Shown here piece after piece: positions 8,896 to 20,054 of a stretch of 64,000 nucleotides of DNA. The translations under genes were made by a program, and so were the position numbers. A model generated the notes under the pieces. It had not been told where the DNA came from. It did no database searches and worked only from the letters and a program-made list of their open reading frames with translations. Numbering within the stretch: the first letter of the stretch is position 1; each line of letters starts with the position of its first letter. The DNA comes from Marispirochaeta sp. (GTDB taxonomy: Bacteria; Spirochaetota; Spirochaetia; JC444; Marispirochaetaceae). The stretch spans positions 224,001 through 288,000 of the forward strand of contig CAXXFF010000002.1 of assembly GCA_963676835.2 (NCBI GenBank), given 5' to 3'.

Positions 8896-9994
8896 GTTCA
8901 CCTTTTTTCATAAGAATCTTCTCTCCGCCGCCGGGCAGATAAAAGGTTATATCAGGTTCGACAATCAGTCCGTCGCAGTGAATCAGGGCAGGAGCGTCAT
9001 CATCGTAGTTGGCACCCACCGCTATATGACAGGTGCGATAGGCCTTCTCATCTTCAAGCATATTACCCCGAACTGCAGCGGAAGGATTAAGTCCGATTCC
9101 AAGCTCTCCGATGTTGCGGGCGTTTCGACGGTAGATTTCTCCCATCCCCGCGGGGAGAGTTCCTTCTGCGGCCATTGATAGAGCCCGGGACTCTCCTGCG
9201 GCAATGGTTTCTTCCAACTGCCGGGCCTCTGCTCCGCCGCTTATATGGGTAATAAATCCTCCCTCAACCCGGGCGGTAATGGGACGCTCAATAAGAATAT
9301 CCCCTTTATTAAGAGAAATAGAGCCCCGAAAGGCAATGGTGCCTTCACTGCTGTTGAGGGCGGGAGAGACAAAAGTTTCTCCCGCAGGCAGATTCCCGCC
9401 GCTTCCGGGCCGGGTAAAATCGCCGTCATCGGGATCGCCCAGCCGGCCTTCAAGGCCTATGTAAAGATCGGTACCCGCCTCACACTCAACCCTCACCGCT
9501 ACAGCCTCATCCATGAGCTGCTTAACCGCATTGCACTCAGCCTTGAGCCGCCCATAGTCAATATTGACGGTCCGGCGGAACATGTCCCGGGTCATTCCCG
9601 GCGACCAGAAAGCACGCATACTCTTCTCGCCGTAAAGGAGATAGTCGAAGATCCCGTCAAACTCACGGTCTCCCGCCCGGTAGGGATTTTTCAGCCCCTG
9701 AGGGTCCTTTCCCAGCTTGTCCTTGCTCAAGGAGACCAGCACATCGGGCCTTGAATGAAGGGCTGCAAGCACCGCAGGATCAGCATAATCAATCTGGCTT
9801 TTTACCGGCTGCACCATCAGAACCGGCTCAGCCTTCAGCCCGGCGGCAGCGGCATAGAGGGCCCGGGAAACAGCCAGCACATCTTCATCGGGGTTGGTGA
9901 CAATCAGCAGCCGTTCTCCGGGGTTAATTCCGAGAACCGTGGTACAGGCAATTTCAGCAGAGGGCATCAGGGTGGTATCGAGGGTTGAATCCAT
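8876..9994 (-). CDS. Aminopeptidase (M29/thermophilic metalloprotease family)
   Basis: GNLPAGETF, NIGELGIGLNP, MLEDEK, HIAVG, HCD motifs. Confidence 0.85.
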   Translation of the reverse strand: MDSTLDTTLMPSAEIACTTVLGINPGERLLIVTNPDEDVLAVSRALYAAAAGLKAEPVLMVQPVKSQIDYADPAVLAALHSRPDVLVSLSKDKLGKDPQGLKNPYRAGDREFDGIFDYLLYGEKSMRAFWSPGMTRDMFRRTVNIDYGRLKAECNAVKQLMDEAVAVRVECEAGTDLYIGLEGRLGDPDDGDFTRPGSGGNLPAGETFVSPALNSSEGTIAFRGSISLNKGDILIERPITARVEGGFITHISGGAEARQLEETIAAGESRALSMAAEGTLPAGMGEIYRRNARNIGELGIGLNPSAAVRGNMLEDEKAYRTCHIAVGANYDDDAPALIHCDGLIVEPDITFYLPGGGEKILMKKGELTLSDL

Positions 9995-10000
9995 TTGAAA

Positions 10001-10068
10001 AGATTAATCCTCCGGGACACCTGCGGTCAAGTACGACATTGACGTACCTTCATCGCAACGAGTATCAT
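10001..10068. promoter_or_regulatory. Divergent sigma70 promoters (aminopeptidase / leuS)
   Basis: Minus: TTGACC (10030-10025)-18-TAATCT (10006-10001). Plus: TTGACG (10039-10044)-18-TATCAT (10063-10068). Confidence 0.6.
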
Positions 10069-10075
10069 GCCGGAC

Positions 10076-12586
10076 ATGAGCAAATACCCATACGCAGATA
10101 TTGAGCAGAAATGGCAGAATTACTGGGAAGAAAATTCCAGTTTCAGGGTGACCGAAGATCCCTCCATCCCCAAGGAAAAGCGGCGGTATATCCTGGATAT
10201 GTTTCCCTACCCCTCAGGATCGGGGCTCCACGTAGGCCATCCCGAAGGCTATACCGCCACGGATATCTACTGCCGCTTCCTGCGCATGAGGGGCTATAAT
10301 GTCCTTCATCCCATGGGATTCGACTCCTTCGGTCTTCCCGCGGAAAACTACGCAATAAAAACCGGTACCCATCCCAAGGTTACCACGGAAACCAATATCA
10401 ACCACTTCCGGACCCAGATAAAATCCCTGGGATTCAGCTATGACTGGGACCGGGAAATATCCACCCATACCGAGGAGTACTACCGCTGGACCCAGTGGAT
10501 TTTCCTCAAACTCTTCGAAAAAGGCCTCGCCTACGAGGCGGAAACCCCCATCAACTGGTGTTCCTCCTGTCTAACAGGACTCGCCAACGAAGAGGTTAAA
10601 GACGGCAAGTGCGAGCGCTGCGGCCAGATAGTTGAACGCCGCAATATCCGCCAGTGGATTCTGAAGATCACCTCCTACGCGGACCGCCTGCTTGAGGATC
10701 TGGACACCCTGGACTGGTCGGATTCCATAAAAAGCATGCAGCGCAACTGGATCGGCCGCTCAGAAGGCGCCAACGTCCATTTTCAGATTGATGGCCACGC
10801 CGAGTCCCTGGAGGTTTACACAACCCGGCCCGACACTCTCTTCGGCGCCACCTACATGGTTATGGCCCCGGAACACCCTTACGTGCAGAAGATCACCACC
10901 GACGGCCAGCGGGCGGAGGTTGAAAGCTACCTGGAACAGGCACGGCTTAAATCCGATCTGGAGAGAACCGACCTCGCCAAGGACAAAACCGGAGTTTTCA
11001 CCGGAGCATATGCGATAAATCCGGTTAACGGGAAAAAAATCCCCGTATGGATTTCCGACTACATCCTTATAAGCTACGGAACCGGAGCCATTATGGCGGT
11101 ACCCGCCCACGACCAGCGGGACTGGGAATTTGCGGAGATGTTCAAACTCCCCATCATCGAGGTACTCCAGGGCGGCGATGTAAAGACGGAAGCCTTCACC
11201 GGCGACGGACCTCATGTAAACTCAGGCTTTCTGGACGACATGGGCAAAGAGGAAGCCATTTCCGCCATGATCGCCTGGCTGGAGGAGAAGAAGCTCGGCC
11301 AGAAGGCGGTAAACTACAAGCTCAGAGACTGGGTCTTCAGCCGCCAGCGCTACTGGGGCGAGCCCATTCCTCTGGTGCACTGCCCCAAGTGCGGTATTGT
11401 GCCTATCCCCATGGATCAGCTGCCCCTGAAGCTGCCGGAGGTTGAATCCTACGAACCCTCCGGAACCGGTGAATCTCCCCTGGCAAAGATAGATGAGTGG
11501 GTACACACCGACTGTCCCGAGTGCGGCGGTCCGGGAAAGCGGGAAACCAACACCATGCCCCAGTGGGCCGGATCCTGCTGGTACTTCCTGCGCTACCTTG
11601 ACCCCCATAATACCGAAGCCCTGGCGGATAAGGAAAAGATCGACTACTGGATGCCCGTCGACCTCTATGTAGGCGGCGCTGAACATGCGGTACTTCACCT
11701 GCTCTACGCCCGTTTCTGGCACAAGGTACTCTTCGATATCGGTGTTCTGGAACAGCCCGAACCCTTTCAGCGGCTTATCAACCAGGGAATGATCACCTCC
11801 TTTGCCTATCAAAGGCCGGATAAAACCCTGGTTCCCACCGACGAGGTTGAGGAGACCGGCCCGGACAGCTTTATTGAAAAGGCCAGCGGCATTGAACTGA
11901 CCCAGGTTATTGCCAAGATGTCCAAGTCTCTCAAGAACGTAATCAACCCCGACGATATAATCCGGGATTTCGGTGCCGACTCCATGCGGGTCTATGAGAT
12001 GTTTATGGGCCCCCTGCAGGTTTCCAAGCCCTGGTCAACCTCCGGTATCAGCGGCGTACACCGCTTTCTGGACCGGGTATGGCGCCTCTTCGACAAGCCC
12101 CTGGTAGATGAAGAGCCCAAGGAAGAACTGCTGAGAGTACTTCACAAGACCATCAAGAAGGTTACCCTGGATACCGACGGCCTTGAGTTCAATACCGCCA
12201 TTTCCCAGATGATGATATTTGTAAACGAGGTATTCAAGGAAGAGACCCTCAACCGGCAGCTTATCGAACCCTTCGTGCTGCTCCTTACCCCCTATGCTCC
12301 CCATCTTGGTGAAGAGCTCTGGGAAAAGCTCGGCAAAGAACCCCTTGCGGGGGCACAGCAGTGGCCTGAGTACAAAGAAGAGCTGACCAAAGACGATGAG
12401 ATTCAGCTGGTCTTTCAGGTAAACGGCAAGGTACGGGCAAAGGAGATGGTTGCCGCGGATATCAGCATTGATGCCATGAAAGAGATGGCCCTGGATCACC
12501 CCAGAATCAAAGAGCTGATCGAAGGAAAGCAGATCCGCAAGATTATCCCCGTACCGGGAAAACTGGTGAATATCGTAGCCAACTGA
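10076..12586 (+). CDS. leuS: Leucine--tRNA ligase
   Basis: [14 protein letters not shown] (HIGH) and KMSKS motifs, editing domain; start 10076 preferred because 10067 overlaps the -10 box. Confidence 0.97.
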   Translation: MSKYPYADIEQKWQNYWEENSSFRVTEDPSIPKEKRRYILDMFPYPSGSGLHVGHPEGYTATDIYCRFLRMRGYNVLHPMGFDSFGLPAENYAIKTGTHPKVTTETNINHFRTQIKSLGFSYDWDREISTHTEEYYRWTQWIFLKLFEKGLAYEAETPINWCSSCLTGLANEEVKDGKCERCGQIVERRNIRQWILKITSYADRLLEDLDTLDWSDSIKSMQRNWIGRSEGANVHFQIDGHAESLEVYTTRPDTLFGATYMVMAPEHPYVQKITTDGQRAEVESYLEQARLKSDLERTDLAKDKTGVFTGAYAINPVNGKKIPVWISDYILISYGTGAIMAVPAHDQRDWEFAEMFKLPIIEVLQGGDVKTEAFTGDGPHVNSGFLDDMGKEEAISAMIAWLEEKKLGQKAVNYKLRDWVFSRQRYWGEPIPLVHCPKCGIVPIPMDQLPLKLPEVESYEPSGTGESPLAKIDEWVHTDCPECGGPGKRETNTMPQWAGSCWYFLRYLDPHNTEALADKEKIDYWMPVDLYVGGAEHAVLHLLYARFWHKVLFDIGVLEQPEPFQRLINQGMITSFAYQRPDKTLVPTDEVEETGPDSFIEKASGIELTQVIAKMSKSLKNVINPDDIIRDFGADSMRVYEMFMGPLQVSKPWSTSGISGVHRFLDRVWRLFDKPLVDEEPKEELLRVLHKTIKKVTLDTDGLEFNTAISQMMIFVNEVFKEETLNRQLIEPFVLLLTPYAPHLGEELWEKLGKEPLAGAQQWPEYKEELTKDDEIQLVFQVNGKVRAKEMVAADISIDAMKEMALDHPRIKELIEGKQIRKIIPVPGKLVNIVAN

Positions 12587-12627
12587 GGCTATTACCATTA
12601 CTTTTCATAGCAAGGAGGAGTGCAATA

Positions 12628-13740
12628 GTGGCAAACTACCGCCTGGAGGCTCTTGTCAGCTGGATGCAGCAGGAAGGAGTCGAACTGATTGTCATAGAAG
12701 ACTGCGAGGAGCGCCGCAACTCCTCCCTGCGATATTTAAGCGGGCATCCCTCTGATGCACTCTTTTTCCTGCATGCTTCCGGAGCATCCCTGCTGGTAGC
12801 CTGGGATCTGCCTCTGGCGGAAATTCATGCCACCGCAGATGCCCTGGTCTCCTACAGCGAGTTCCAGCGCAGCCCCATTCAGGCCATAGCCGGAGTCGCC
12901 CGCCGCTACGGGCTCTCTAAAGGCGCACGGATTGAGCTTCCCGCAGCAATTCCGCTGCCTATGTTCGAAGACCTCAAAAAAGAAGCCCCGGAGTTTACCT
13001 TTCTCTGCCGTGAAGACGGTATAGAAGCCCAGCTCTGGGAACTGCGCAGCATTAAAGATGCGGAAGAGATTGATATCTATCGGGAAGCATCCCGCATAAC
13101 CAACGACATTATCGAAGAACTGGTGGAGGGCTTTAAAAAAGGCTCCTTTGAAACCGAAATAGACGCCGCCCTCTTTATCGAGGCCGCCGCCCGCCGGGCC
13201 GGCACCGAGGGAACCAGCTTCGACACCATCGTAGCCAACCCGGAAAGAAGCTTCGGCCTCCATGCATTCCCCAACTTCTCCGGGGCTCTTCTCAACCTGC
13301 CGGGGCCGACCATTATCGACTTCGGTGTACGGCTTAAAGGCTATGCAAGCGATGTAACCCTGACCCTGCTGAAAGGACCTTTAAGCCCGGAACAGGAGCG
13401 GGTTGCAGCCCTGATTGAAGAAGGCTATGCCGCAGCAGAAGCTGCTCTGGGCCCGGAAGTTTCATCTTCCTTTCCGGCCCGCAGGGTAGACGAGGTTTTT
13501 GCGCGGGAAGGCTTTACCATGCCCCATAGTCTCGGCCACGGAATAGGTCTGGATGTTCATGAGCGTCCCTTCTTAAGGGACCGCAAGGAATATGAAATGA
13601 TACTGAAGCCGGGAATGGTGCTTACCCTGGAGCCCGGTCTTTACGACCCGGACCTCGGGGGCATCCGCAAGGAAAATGATTACCTTATCACCGACAAAGG
13701 TGCTGAAAAACTGACCAGCTCGGCTATTTTCAGAATCTGA
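12628..13740 (+). CDS. Xaa-Pro peptidase (M24 family)
   Basis: IDFG..YASDVT, HSLGHGIGLDVHE, TLEPGLY, GIRKEND. Confidence 0.92.
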   Translation: MANYRLEALVSWMQQEGVELIVIEDCEERRNSSLRYLSGHPSDALFFLHASGASLLVAWDLPLAEIHATADALVSYSEFQRSPIQAIAGVARRYGLSKGARIELPAAIPLPMFEDLKKEAPEFTFLCREDGIEAQLWELRSIKDAEEIDIYREASRITNDIIEELVEGFKKGSFETEIDAALFIEAAARRAGTEGTSFDTIVANPERSFGLHAFPNFSGALLNLPGPTIIDFGVRLKGYASDVTLTLLKGPLSPEQERVAALIEEGYAAAEAALGPEVSSSFPARRVDEVFAREGFTMPHSLGHGIGLDVHERPFLRDRKEYEMILKPGMVLTLEPGLYDPDLGGIRKENDYLITDKGAEKLTSSAIFRI

Positions 13741-13742
13741 GG

Positions 13743-14513
13743 CTACCAGTAACCGGTGGAATAATAACAGGCTGGAACGGAATACACGCTCCAGCCAAGG
13801 CTGTCGCAGCAGACGGTAAGGGTATATTCCCCGTTGAAGTAGAGAGTACGGCCCTGCCGGAATGTCCCCCACTCACCATTGGAAACTTCCTGCCCGAGGG
13901 GCTCCACCGGGAACCAGTTCCCGTCAGGCAGGGTTTCCTGCGGAAGCACATACTCCGGCAGCAGCACAATATCACGGCTTAGCAGATTCCCCAGCATTAA
14001 GGCGCTAAGAATACGCCGGCGGTCCAGTCTACCCGGATTCCCCTGCGAAACTTCCACTGTTTGTTCAAGCATGCGGGAATAGTTCACCAGATACGGGCTA
14101 CCGTCTGCATTCTGTAGGTCCAGCAGGAGTTCACCGCAGTACCCTTTAAAAAAGGTCAGTTCCGCTTCATTCTCACCATCCCAGGGAAGAACCGCCCCTG
14201 CACAGGGGATTTCACTGCCGTACCGGGCCAGAACGATAAACATTCTGCTCTGCTCAACGGCTATGTCCACAGTACTACCTTGTGGACATACAGCGCTGTA
14301 GGAGCGGCCTTCTTCATCCACCACCAGCAGAGCGACGGAATCAGAACTGATAACTTCATAGCTCTCCGGCAGCTGCGGTAGATGCAGTATGATTTCCTTG
14401 GTGGAAAGAAAAAAACTGCACCCCGTAAGAGCGAACAGAACCCACATGAAAATAATATTGCGGCATACAGCTCTGACGCTTTCTGTCATGCTTTCTGTCA
14501 TACTCTCTGTCAT
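13743..14513 (-). CDS. Hypothetical lipoprotein
   Basis: Lipobox FALTGC after a hydrophobic stretch; start uncertain (in-frame ATGs at 14513, 14501, 14489). Confidence 0.55.
   Translation of the reverse strand: MTESMTESMTESVRAVCRNIIFMWVLFALTGCSFFLSTKEIILHLPQLPESYEVISSDSVALLVVDEEGRSYSAVCPQGSTVDIAVEQSRMFIVLARYGSEIPCAGAVLPWDGENEAELTFFKGYCGELLLDLQNADGSPYLVNYSRMLEQTVEVSQGNPGRLDRRRILSALMLGNLLSRDIVLLPEYVLPQETLPDGNWFPVEPLGQEVSNGEWGTFRQGRTLYFNGEYTLTVCCDSLGWSVYSVPACYYSTGYW
14478..14513 (-). repeat. Three 12-bp tandem repeats ATGACAGA(G/A)AG(T/C) encoding MTES x3
   Basis: Plus strand: gctttctgtcat gctttctgtcat actctctgtcat. Confidence 0.85.
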
Positions 14514-14591
14514 AAAGGGTATCAAAATAGAAGGGAACTCCATAAAGGGCGTCCCGAAAAATGAGATCATATGAAATGGAACGGTGGAAAA

Positions 14592-15122
14592 TCAGATCTG
14601 CTTCAGCTGCCGGTGATATATCCGTCGAATTTCCATAAGAATCTTCTGATACTCATCGGTACGGTAATCAGGGTAGGTCCAGTCGAAGGGCTGATAAGCT
14701 CCGCGGCGGTAATGGAGGGTAATTTCCGCATAAATACCCCTCTTCAGGGCAATCCGGTGTCCGGCATGTTTGGTTGTAGCCAGAACCAGACGATTCAGAT
14801 CAAGCAGCCCGGGATCAAGATTAACCCGCCGCTGTCCTCCGTTCACCGCATGCTCCTGTTCAATCCGGTTGCAGACTCTCTTTATTTTCCAGAGGGTTGA
14901 AGGATCCACCAGATGTGAAAAGGCAAGAAAAACCCGGCTTATCGGGCCGTCCATCTCCTTATCGTAATAATGTGAAAACTCAAAAGGAAACTCAGCTCCG
15001 TCGTAATCCAGCGGCCCGAAACGGCGAATCAGCCGATTCCGTGCCTCAAGATAGGCTTCCCGCCGGCTGAACAGTACGGGCATAATCAGTTTTTCCGGGG
15101 GGAAAACTCCCGCTTCTCCCAT
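14592..15122 (-). CDS. DUF4416 family protein
   Basis: YYDKEM, RRVNLDPG, LVLATTK..HRI, WTYPDY motifs. Confidence 0.8.
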   Translation of the reverse strand: MGEAGVFPPEKLIMPVLFSRREAYLEARNRLIRRFGPLDYDGAEFPFEFSHYYDKEMDGPISRVFLAFSHLVDPSTLWKIKRVCNRIEQEHAVNGGQRRVNLDPGLLDLNRLVLATTKHAGHRIALKRGIYAEITLHYRRGAYQPFDWTYPDYRTDEYQKILMEIRRIYHRQLKQI

Positions 15123-15178
15123 AAATGGTGTCCTAATAGATTGAAGGATACGGTATTTTAGCTCATAATTAGCCTCAT

Positions 15179-16597
15179 ATGGAAGAACAGACGGATCTGA
15201 ATGAGGCGCTCAATAATGCGATAGCCCAGCGCCGTGCTCACATCGACAAGAACCAGATGGCCAGGCTGAAGGATAAATTCCGCAACTTTCATACTTCCTT
15301 CCAGAGCATATACAACGTACTGCTGAAAAAAGGGGTTATCCCGGAAGATCCCTATAAGGATGACTTTAAAATCTCGGAAGTCACAACCCCGGATAAGGAC
15401 CCTTTTATGGAATCCGAGCGGGTTGAAAAGATGAGCATCCGGCTCTCCCAGTACGATACAATTCTTGAATTTCTGACCCATTATTACCAGTTCAGCACAG
15501 ATTTTCTCAATCTGAAGCGGCTGAAAAAAATCGGTGAACTGCTTCTCTATTTTCAGTGGACCAAGCTGACCCCGAATTCTACCAGCCCCCAGACCCGCAC
15601 TCTGGTTGATTTTATCCAGTCGATAAAAGGCGGAGGCGACGCTCTTTCCACCAGCATACTGGCAGACGGCTGTAATCAGCTTTCCAAGCTTACAACAGAA
15701 ATTGTCGGACTCCTTAAAGAGATAACCGCATTCTCCAAACAGTTGTATAAACAGGATATACGGGAAAGAATTCTGTTCAAGGTCAAAGTGGAAGGACCCC
15801 CATCCTCACAGAAGATGGAGAATGCCTTTGTTCAGATAAAACGGGCATTCCCCCAGGAAATGCCCGAAACCCCCTTCTTTCCGGAGCTGGTAAATGAACT
15901 CATCGCAGAGGAGTACAGCCCCCAAAGCAGTCAGTTCAAACAGGCGCTGATCGATTCCCTTAAGGTGCAGGAAAAGAAAGTTAAAACCCAGGAGGATGTC
16001 TCCTACAAAAGCCTGCTCCTTGAAACTGTACGCATATTCTCCGGTGCCAGCATACACCTCGAAAAAGCCATATCCAAACTGAACGAAAACCAGACCTTTC
16101 TCGATCAACGCAAACTCACCTTCAGTGACCGCTTTCGGAAATGGCTTATGAGTATGGTGAAAAAGCAGGGAGAAAAGCATATCTACATGGTGGAATTCTT
16201 TGATGAAAAAACCTCCACCACCCGTACCGTCCGCATAGATTTTGACAGCTTTGCTGCCAACGCCGTAAAAAGGGCGAGAACCCTGGGCGTACTCTCAAGC
16301 AAGGCTTCCAGCACCTATATGCGCCTTGAGGGCAGCAGTGAAGAAAAAATCTATGAATTTGTTACAACCCTGGTGGAGGATCTGCAGAAAATAATTACAA
16401 CTCTACCGGCACTGGATACCTACTTTAAAAGTGAAGTACCCAGAGAAATGCGGGGCAGGATTCATGGAATAAAACTTGAGGTTTCTGCTATTAAAAATGT
16501 GCTTATAAGAGCGAACCAGAAACGTCACGAGTATGTAGCCAAGAAAGAAGAGATCACCCAGCTTAAAAAGCTGGGTGTGGACACAAGTGTCAGTTAG
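15179..16597 (+). CDS. Conserved hypothetical protein (472 aa, helical, Lys/Glu-rich)
   Basis: Long ORF with genome-typical codon usage; promoter TTGAAG-17-CATAAT at 15141-15169. Confidence 0.7.
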   Translation: MEEQTDLNEALNNAIAQRRAHIDKNQMARLKDKFRNFHTSFQSIYNVLLKKGVIPEDPYKDDFKISEVTTPDKDPFMESERVEKMSIRLSQYDTILEFLTHYYQFSTDFLNLKRLKKIGELLLYFQWTKLTPNSTSPQTRTLVDFIQSIKGGGDALSTSILADGCNQLSKLTTEIVGLLKEITAFSKQLYKQDIRERILFKVKVEGPPSSQKMENAFVQIKRAFPQEMPETPFFPELVNELIAEEYSPQSSQFKQALIDSLKVQEKKVKTQEDVSYKSLLLETVRIFSGASIHLEKAISKLNENQTFLDQRKLTFSDRFRKWLMSMVKKQGEKHIYMVEFFDEKTSTTRTVRIDFDSFAANAVKRARTLGVLSSKASSTYMRLEGSSEEKIYEFVTTLVEDLQKIITTLPALDTYFKSEVPREMRGRIHGIKLEVSAIKNVLIRANQKRHEYVAKKEEITQLKKLGVDTSVS

Positions 16598-18504
16598 GCG
16601 CGGTATACACCTAAAACCCTGAGATTTTCCGATAAACCTTTCAGTTCCCCGATTGCCTCATCAAAGAGACGGGCATCCCCGGGCATCTCCACATCCATAT
16701 AAAACATGTATTCCCAGGGTTTACCCATAATCGGCCGGGACTCCAGCTTGGTCATATTGATGCCCCTGTCTGCAAGTACCTTCATGCAGGTGAAAAGGGC
16801 TCCGGACTTGTCCGAAACGGAGAACACCAGAGAGGCCTTGTTGGCATCTTCCCTGGTTGGTTCCTCGGAACGTCCCAGCAGAAAGAACCTGGTATAATTG
16901 CTGGGATTTGTCTCAATTCCTTCTTTCAGGACAGACATGCCGAATACAGCCGCAGCCTCTTCACTGGCAATAGCTGCACTGGAAGGATCCTTCTGCTCCG
17001 CAATGAATTTAACCGATCCTGCGGTATCATAGTAGGGAACCCGTTCCGCCCCGGGCAGACTGTCCAGAAATCTTGCACACTGGGCCAGTCCCTGGGGGTG
17101 GGAATAGACTTTTCGTATAGCAGCCAGGTCGGTTCCTGCTGTACCGATCAGCATATGCCGAATCCGCACACGGCGCTCGCCAAGTATCTTTATGTCCGGA
17201 AACTGGAGAAAGAGATCGTAATTTTCGTGGATAGATCCGGCCAGGGAGTTCTCCATGGGAACCACTCCATAGCGGGCTTCGCCGCTCAGTACTGCATCAA
17301 AAACAGTGCGAAAGCTCGATTTCGGCAGAGATTGTGCTGATGAACCAAAGTAGAGGGTAAGGGCCTTTTCACTGTAGGCTCCGTGTTCCCCCTGGAAGGC
17401 AACCTTCAGCGAATCGTCAGAGCCTTTCGCATCAGCTTGTACGGAAGATTTCAGCTCCACCGGGTCATGCCGTACCGGACGTTCCAGCTCACGGCCCACA
17501 ACAGGAGTCATGGCTTCAATATCGCGCATCAGCTTTTCGAACTGGTCCGGCAGGAGAGACTGGGGCCCGTCGGAGAGAGCCTTATCCGGATCGGGATGGA
17601 TCTCAACAGTCAGACCGTCAGCACCGGCGGCAACAGCAGCAAGTGCCATGGGGAGAACCTTTTCCCGGATGCCCGTTGCATGGCTGGGATCGACAATCAC
17701 CGGCAAATGGGACAGTTTTTTAACCACCGGAATGGCGGAAAGATCCAGGGTATTTCTGGTGTATGTTTCGAAGGTGCGGATACCGCGTTCACAGAGAACA
17801 ACATCTTCCGCGCCATGGGCCATCAGATATTCAGCGGCCATAAGCCACTCTTCGATGGTAGCCGCAAGACCGCGCTTCAGCATCACAGGCTTTTTAAGGC
17901 TGCCAACCTTCTTAAGCAGTTCAAAGTTCTGCATGTTTCTGGCACCGATCTGGAGCATATCTATATGTTCCGCCAGGAACTCAGCATAATCAGGCGATAC
18001 AATCTCGGTTACCACGGGAAGGCCGTACTTTTCTCCCGCCTCTTTGAGGTAACGGACTCCTTCTTCGCCAAGCCCCTGGAAAGAATAGGGCGATGTACGG
18101 GGCTTGAAGGCACCTCCCCGAAGCATTACACCCCCGGCATCGCGGACAACCCGGGCGGATTCAAAAATCTGCTCTCTGTTTTCAACGGCGCAGGGGCCGG
18201 CAATAACTGCCAGACGGAGAGGTCCGATCTTTACCGGGCCCACCTTGACGAGGGTATCTTCTTTTTTGAATTCCCTGGAGGCAAGTTTATAGGGTTTGGA
18301 AATGGGAATAACCTGAGCGACTCCGGGAAGAAGCTCCACCTCGCGTATATCGATGCGGGGAATGCCGACAGCGCCGAAAATAGTCTCTTCTTCACCGACA
18401 ATTTCACGGATGGTGAAACCTTTTTCTGTCAGGAAATTACGAATATTGTCTTTGTCAGCATTACTGACCGAGTTGTTTAGAACGATTACCATAGTGGTAA
18501 CCAA
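16594..18504 (-). CDS. aroF: Fusion of class I-beta DAHP synthase with prephenate dehydratase-ACT
   Basis: IAGPCAVE, GGAFKPRTSPY, QIGARNMQN, DPSH; then VAFQGEHGAYS, PMENSLAGSI, SHPQGLAQC, NYTRF, KLESRP. Confidence 0.92.
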   Translation of the reverse strand: MVTTMVIVLNNSVSNADKDNIRNFLTEKGFTIREIVGEEETIFGAVGIPRIDIREVELLPGVAQVIPISKPYKLASREFKKEDTLVKVGPVKIGPLRLAVIAGPCAVENREQIFESARVVRDAGGVMLRGGAFKPRTSPYSFQGLGEEGVRYLKEAGEKYGLPVVTEIVSPDYAEFLAEHIDMLQIGARNMQNFELLKKVGSLKKPVMLKRGLAATIEEWLMAAEYLMAHGAEDVVLCERGIRTFETYTRNTLDLSAIPVVKKLSHLPVIVDPSHATGIREKVLPMALAAVAAGADGLTVEIHPDPDKALSDGPQSLLPDQFEKLMRDIEAMTPVVGRELERPVRHDPVELKSSVQADAKGSDDSLKVAFQGEHGAYSEKALTLYFGSSAQSLPKSSFRTVFDAVLSGEARYGVVPMENSLAGSIHENYDLFLQFPDIKILGERRVRIRHMLIGTAGTDLAAIRKVYSHPQGLAQCARFLDSLPGAERVPYYDTAGSVKFIAEQKDPSSAAIASEEAAAVFGMSVLKEGIETNPSNYTRFFLLGRSEEPTREDANKASLVFSVSDKSGALFTCMKVLADRGINMTKLESRPIMGKPWEYMFYMDVEMPGDARLFDEAIGELKGLSENLRVLGVYRA

Positions 18505-18505
18505 G

Positions 18506-19246
18506 CTATTTTACGGTCTTACTCTTGTCAAGTACGTAGGAAAGCTGCTTGCCGCTCTTTGGTCCGCTTTTTGCCAGATAGGTCTCTTTTCTCACCAGAG
18601 AAGTCTCAATCCGGTCTTCCAGATCTTCCTGAAAGTCAAGAATCCTTGCAATATAATCGAGGGTCATTTTCGGAGCCCCCCGTTCGGTGACCCTGGTTCT
18701 GCCTGCATTGTACATGGCAAGGGCTGTTACAGGGTTCTTTCCCACCTCAAGGCAGTAGCGCAGATATGCGATTCCCTTTTCTGTGTTTATCTCCGGGTCA
18801 AAGAACTGCGCTTCGGTCAGTTCCGGAAACGAGCGCGAATTAAGCTGAAAGAGTCCCCGGTCAATGGAACTGGCATTTCTGTTGACCGCAGTTGTTACAA
18901 AGCGGCTTTCCGCATAAGCCAGGGAAAAAGCGAGAGATGCCGAAACGCCGTGAATATCCGCATAGCGCAGAATAAGACGGCTGATATCTGCCGATCCTGT
19001 AACCAGGGTGTAAAATTCAAGGATGGACTGGCGGGTTTCCGGCCTCCGGTAAAGGGTAAGACTGATATCTTCGTCAGCATCAATATGAATGGTGGTGAAG
19101 GATTCCTGTTCAGTTAATTCCACAGCAGGCGTATCGGCCTGCATGGGTTCCCCATTGGCTATGGTATAACTCAGCTTCCCGGCACTGATACCTAACAGAA
19201 GTATGAATAAAAGCCCAATAGGACCAATAACTCTAATAGATTTCAT
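18506..19246 (-). CDS. Lytic transglycosylase (SLT domain)
   Basis: AYAESRF, DRGLFQLN, ALAMYNAG; N-terminal membrane anchor. Confidence 0.88.
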   Translation of the reverse strand: MKSIRVIGPIGLLFILLLGISAGKLSYTIANGEPMQADTPAVELTEQESFTTIHIDADEDISLTLYRRPETRQSILEFYTLVTGSADISRLILRYADIHGVSASLAFSLAYAESRFVTTAVNRNASSIDRGLFQLNSRSFPELTEAQFFDPEINTEKGIAYLRYCLEVGKNPVTALAMYNAGRTRVTERGAPKMTLDYIARILDFQEDLEDRIETSLVRKETYLAKSGPKSGKQLSYVLDKSKTVK

Positions 19247-19313
19247 AGGGGCAAAAGGTATAGAAAAGCTCTGTTAGGGTCAAGTCCTTCACCTCACCCT
19301 ATAAAAGGTGTAA

Positions 19314-19919
19314 TCAGTGCCGGCAGATAAGGGTAAAATCGTTGTTCAAGTAGCCTTCTTTAATCTCAACAGAAGAGTACATCTGCAGACACTGCTCCCG
19401 GACTTTAAGGGGATCAAAGTAATGATACCCCTCGGTAATATCCGGAGATTTCACCGATAAAAGATTGATCACCACCGCTTCCCGGGTAAGCCCCTTCAGA
19501 CGGGGAAGGAACTGGTCCAGAAGCTCCTGATTGTTGCCGGTCTCCAGGTTGAATATACCTGAGCAGAAGGCAACATCAAAACTTCCGGGGCCGAAAGGAT
19601 CTTCCTCGAGCAGGTCAGCAGCAAGAAAGCAGTCACCCTTATCGCAGCGCCGCATGGCTTCTTTAATCATGTCCTCAAGAATATCTACCCCGCGGTAGTC
19701 AACCTCAAGTCCTTTTCCGTTAAGATAGACGCAAAGGTCGCCGATTCCGCAGCCCACATCCAGCAGGGACTTGCCCTGAAGATCGACGGAGCTGATAAGG
19801 ACATCAAAGCGGGAATACTGACTCTCCCTGTCCTCCCAGTCGAGAATTTCATAGCCTTCCCGGTCGGGACGTATACGGGGAACATAGTGGTCTTTCAATC
19901 GTTTAAGAGCATTGTCCAT
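19314..19919 (-). CDS. Class I SAM-dependent methyltransferase
   Basis: LLDVGCGIG, YRGVDI, FDVAFCSGIFN. Confidence 0.9.
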   Translation of the reverse strand: MDNALKRLKDHYVPRIRPDREGYEILDWEDRESQYSRFDVLISSVDLQGKSLLDVGCGIGDLCVYLNGKGLEVDYRGVDILEDMIKEAMRRCDKGDCFLAADLLEEDPFGPGSFDVAFCSGIFNLETGNNQELLDQFLPRLKGLTREAVVINLLSVKSPDITEGYHYFDPLKVREQCLQMYSSVEIKEGYLNNDFTLICRH

Positions 19920-20054
19920 ATGGAGAGAAGGTAAAAAAGCTGTCCGTTCCTGTCAAGTAAGCAGCAGTAGAGACACAAAAAATATCTGCTTCTGTGTAAT
20001 GTTTTTACAGGATAACCGGTGTATAGTATTTCTATCAGAATACTGCATATTCAG

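Noticed and set aside
10031..10075. T-box upstream of leuS
   Set aside because: The intergenic space is under 90 nt and filled by divergent promoters.
17383..18480. 365-aa plus-strand ORF
   Set aside because: Antisense shadow of aroF-pheA with no recognisable motifs.
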